From contig NC_086107.1 of assembly GCF_963921235.1 (NCBI RefSeq), positions 111,788,001 through 111,852,000 of the forward strand: 64,000 nucleotides of DNA, written 5' to 3'. This document shows, piece by piece, positions 62,601 to 64,000 of the stretch (positions are counted from its first letter, which is position 1; every line of letters begins with the position of its first letter). A program made the position numbers and the translations under genes. A model generated the notes under the pieces. It saw only the letters and a program-made list of their open reading frames with translations, searched no databases and was not told where the DNA came from. The stretch is from Mobula hypostoma (lineage: Eukaryota).

Positions 62601-63584
62601 ACAGGAAAGTTTACAATGACCAATTAACCTACCGTCCAGTACATCCTTGGAATGTGGCAGGAAACCAGAAGAAACAGGAAGAACGTACAAACACCTCACT
62701 GTAATGGGTACTGTTCCTTCTTAGCTGCGCAGGCGCGTGGCCACGCGGTAACTGAAATGCTCCCACGCACGTAGCCTTTGTTAACGCGCAGCTGGAGTTT
62801 TCTTTTATATAATGCGAATAAAAAAGTTCCATGCACTTTTCGGGCTGCGTAAATGTTTTCAGCTCAGCGCAATGGAGGTACGAAAAAAATTAGAGTTGGT
62901 GGTAGGAATTGTACCTGGGTCGCTGGCGCTGTGATAGCGTTGTGTGAACTGTTATAATGGCAATGAATAAAATGGCCAAAGGAGATTGGTTGAGTAGACA
63001 TGAGAGAGAAGTTTACATGAGTGTAGAGAAATAGTGGGAGGGAGTTGGAAATCTTGATCTTGCTCCTCTGGGATGTCATGGACCTAATGGGCCAAATGGC
63101 CTTTACTTTTTTTAAATATAAGAGTCACCTCAGTAACAGTTAGCTGCGTGTGATAACATTCCTTAAAGCTGTGCAGTGTTAAGGCAGCAGTGATTGTTAA
63201 CAACCAGTCTTAGAATGGCACCAATGTAGCCTGGCAACTCTGGAAATAACAATGGAATAAGAAACAGATCATGTTTCAGTGGTTAATCAAGGATAACCTG
63301 CCCAAGGGCACAAGGAGATCTCCTCTACTGTTCCGCAACTAGACTGGAATAAAATGCTGCCATCCAGTGTTTTGATGGCGACCATTCCCGATGCAGTGCT
63401 TTTGTCTACCCAGATCCACTTACACCAGAGGCACTTTATTGGGTGCCTCCTACACACCTGCTCGTCAATGCGAATATCTAATCTGCCAGAAACTTCATGT
63501 ATAAAAGTGTGCAGACATGAGGTTCAGCTGTTGTTCAGACCAAACATCAGAATGGGGAAGGAATGCGATCTAAGTGACTTTGAC

Positions 63585-63710
63585 TGACGAAGGGTCTCGG
63601 CCCGAAACGTCGATTGTACCCCTTCCTAGAGATGCTGCCTGGCCTGCTGCGTTCACCAGCAACTTTGATGTGTGTTGCTTGAATTTCCAGCATCTGCAGA
63701 ATTCCTCGTG
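63585..63710 (+). mobile_element. Penelope 3' terminus inserted into a Tc1-like copy
   Basis: Starts at the hammerhead core (c)tgacga..gaaacgtc; ttgac on both sides; host sequence matches 52285-52320. Confidence 0.8.
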
Positions 63711-63806
63711 TTGACGGTGGAATGATTGTTGGTGCCAGACGGGGTGGTTTGAGTATCTCAGAAACTGCTGATCTCCAGGGATTTTCACGCACAGCTGTCT
63801 CTAGAG

Positions 63807-63886
63807 CAGGAGTTCCCAACCTGGGGTCCACACACCCCTCGGTTAGTGATAGGTGTCCATGGCATAAAAAAGTTTGGGAACCCCTA
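63807..63886. mobile_element. 80-bp hAT-Charlie-like MITE
   Basis: caggagttcccaacct...agtttgggaaccccta; TSD ctctagag at 63799-63806 and 63887-63894. Confidence 0.85.
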
Positions 63887-64000
63887 CTCTAGAGTTTACA
63901 GAGAACAGTGCAACAAACAAAGAGCATCCAGTGAGTGGCAGTTCTGTTGGTGAAAATGCCTTGCTAATGAGAGAGGTTAGAGGAGAATGGTTTAAGCAGG

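Overview
Eukaryotic, repeat-saturated vertebrate DNA; the repeat complement (CR1, Rex/L2, Tx1, RTE, V-SINE-like, Penelope) suggests a cartilaginous fish such as a ray (inference). No intact host gene is visible and nearly all listed ORFs are transposon fragments or chance frames. Highlights: (1) a Gypsy LTR element (19738-23868; both LTRs, PBS, PPT, 5-bp TSD) whose RT/RNase H/integrase region is replaced by an intronless SUDS3 mRNA copy fused in frame to gag-protease; (2) three divergent HERO-like RLE retrotransposon 3' ends sharing a covarying, pseudoknotted RNA that contains all three hammerhead-ribozyme core segments in a non-canonical order; (3) young Neptune-type Penelope elements with minimal hammerheads, repeatedly inserted as tail-out inverted pairs with TSDs, the largest inside an R4/Dong-like element flanked by (AAT)n; (4) a TIR element family with 6-bp TSDs whose 93-bp sub-unit moves on its own; (5) a possible signal-peptide first exon and immune-type regulatory motif clusters. 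Family assignments come from recognised protein motifs, not database searches. Boundaries without a TSD are approximate.
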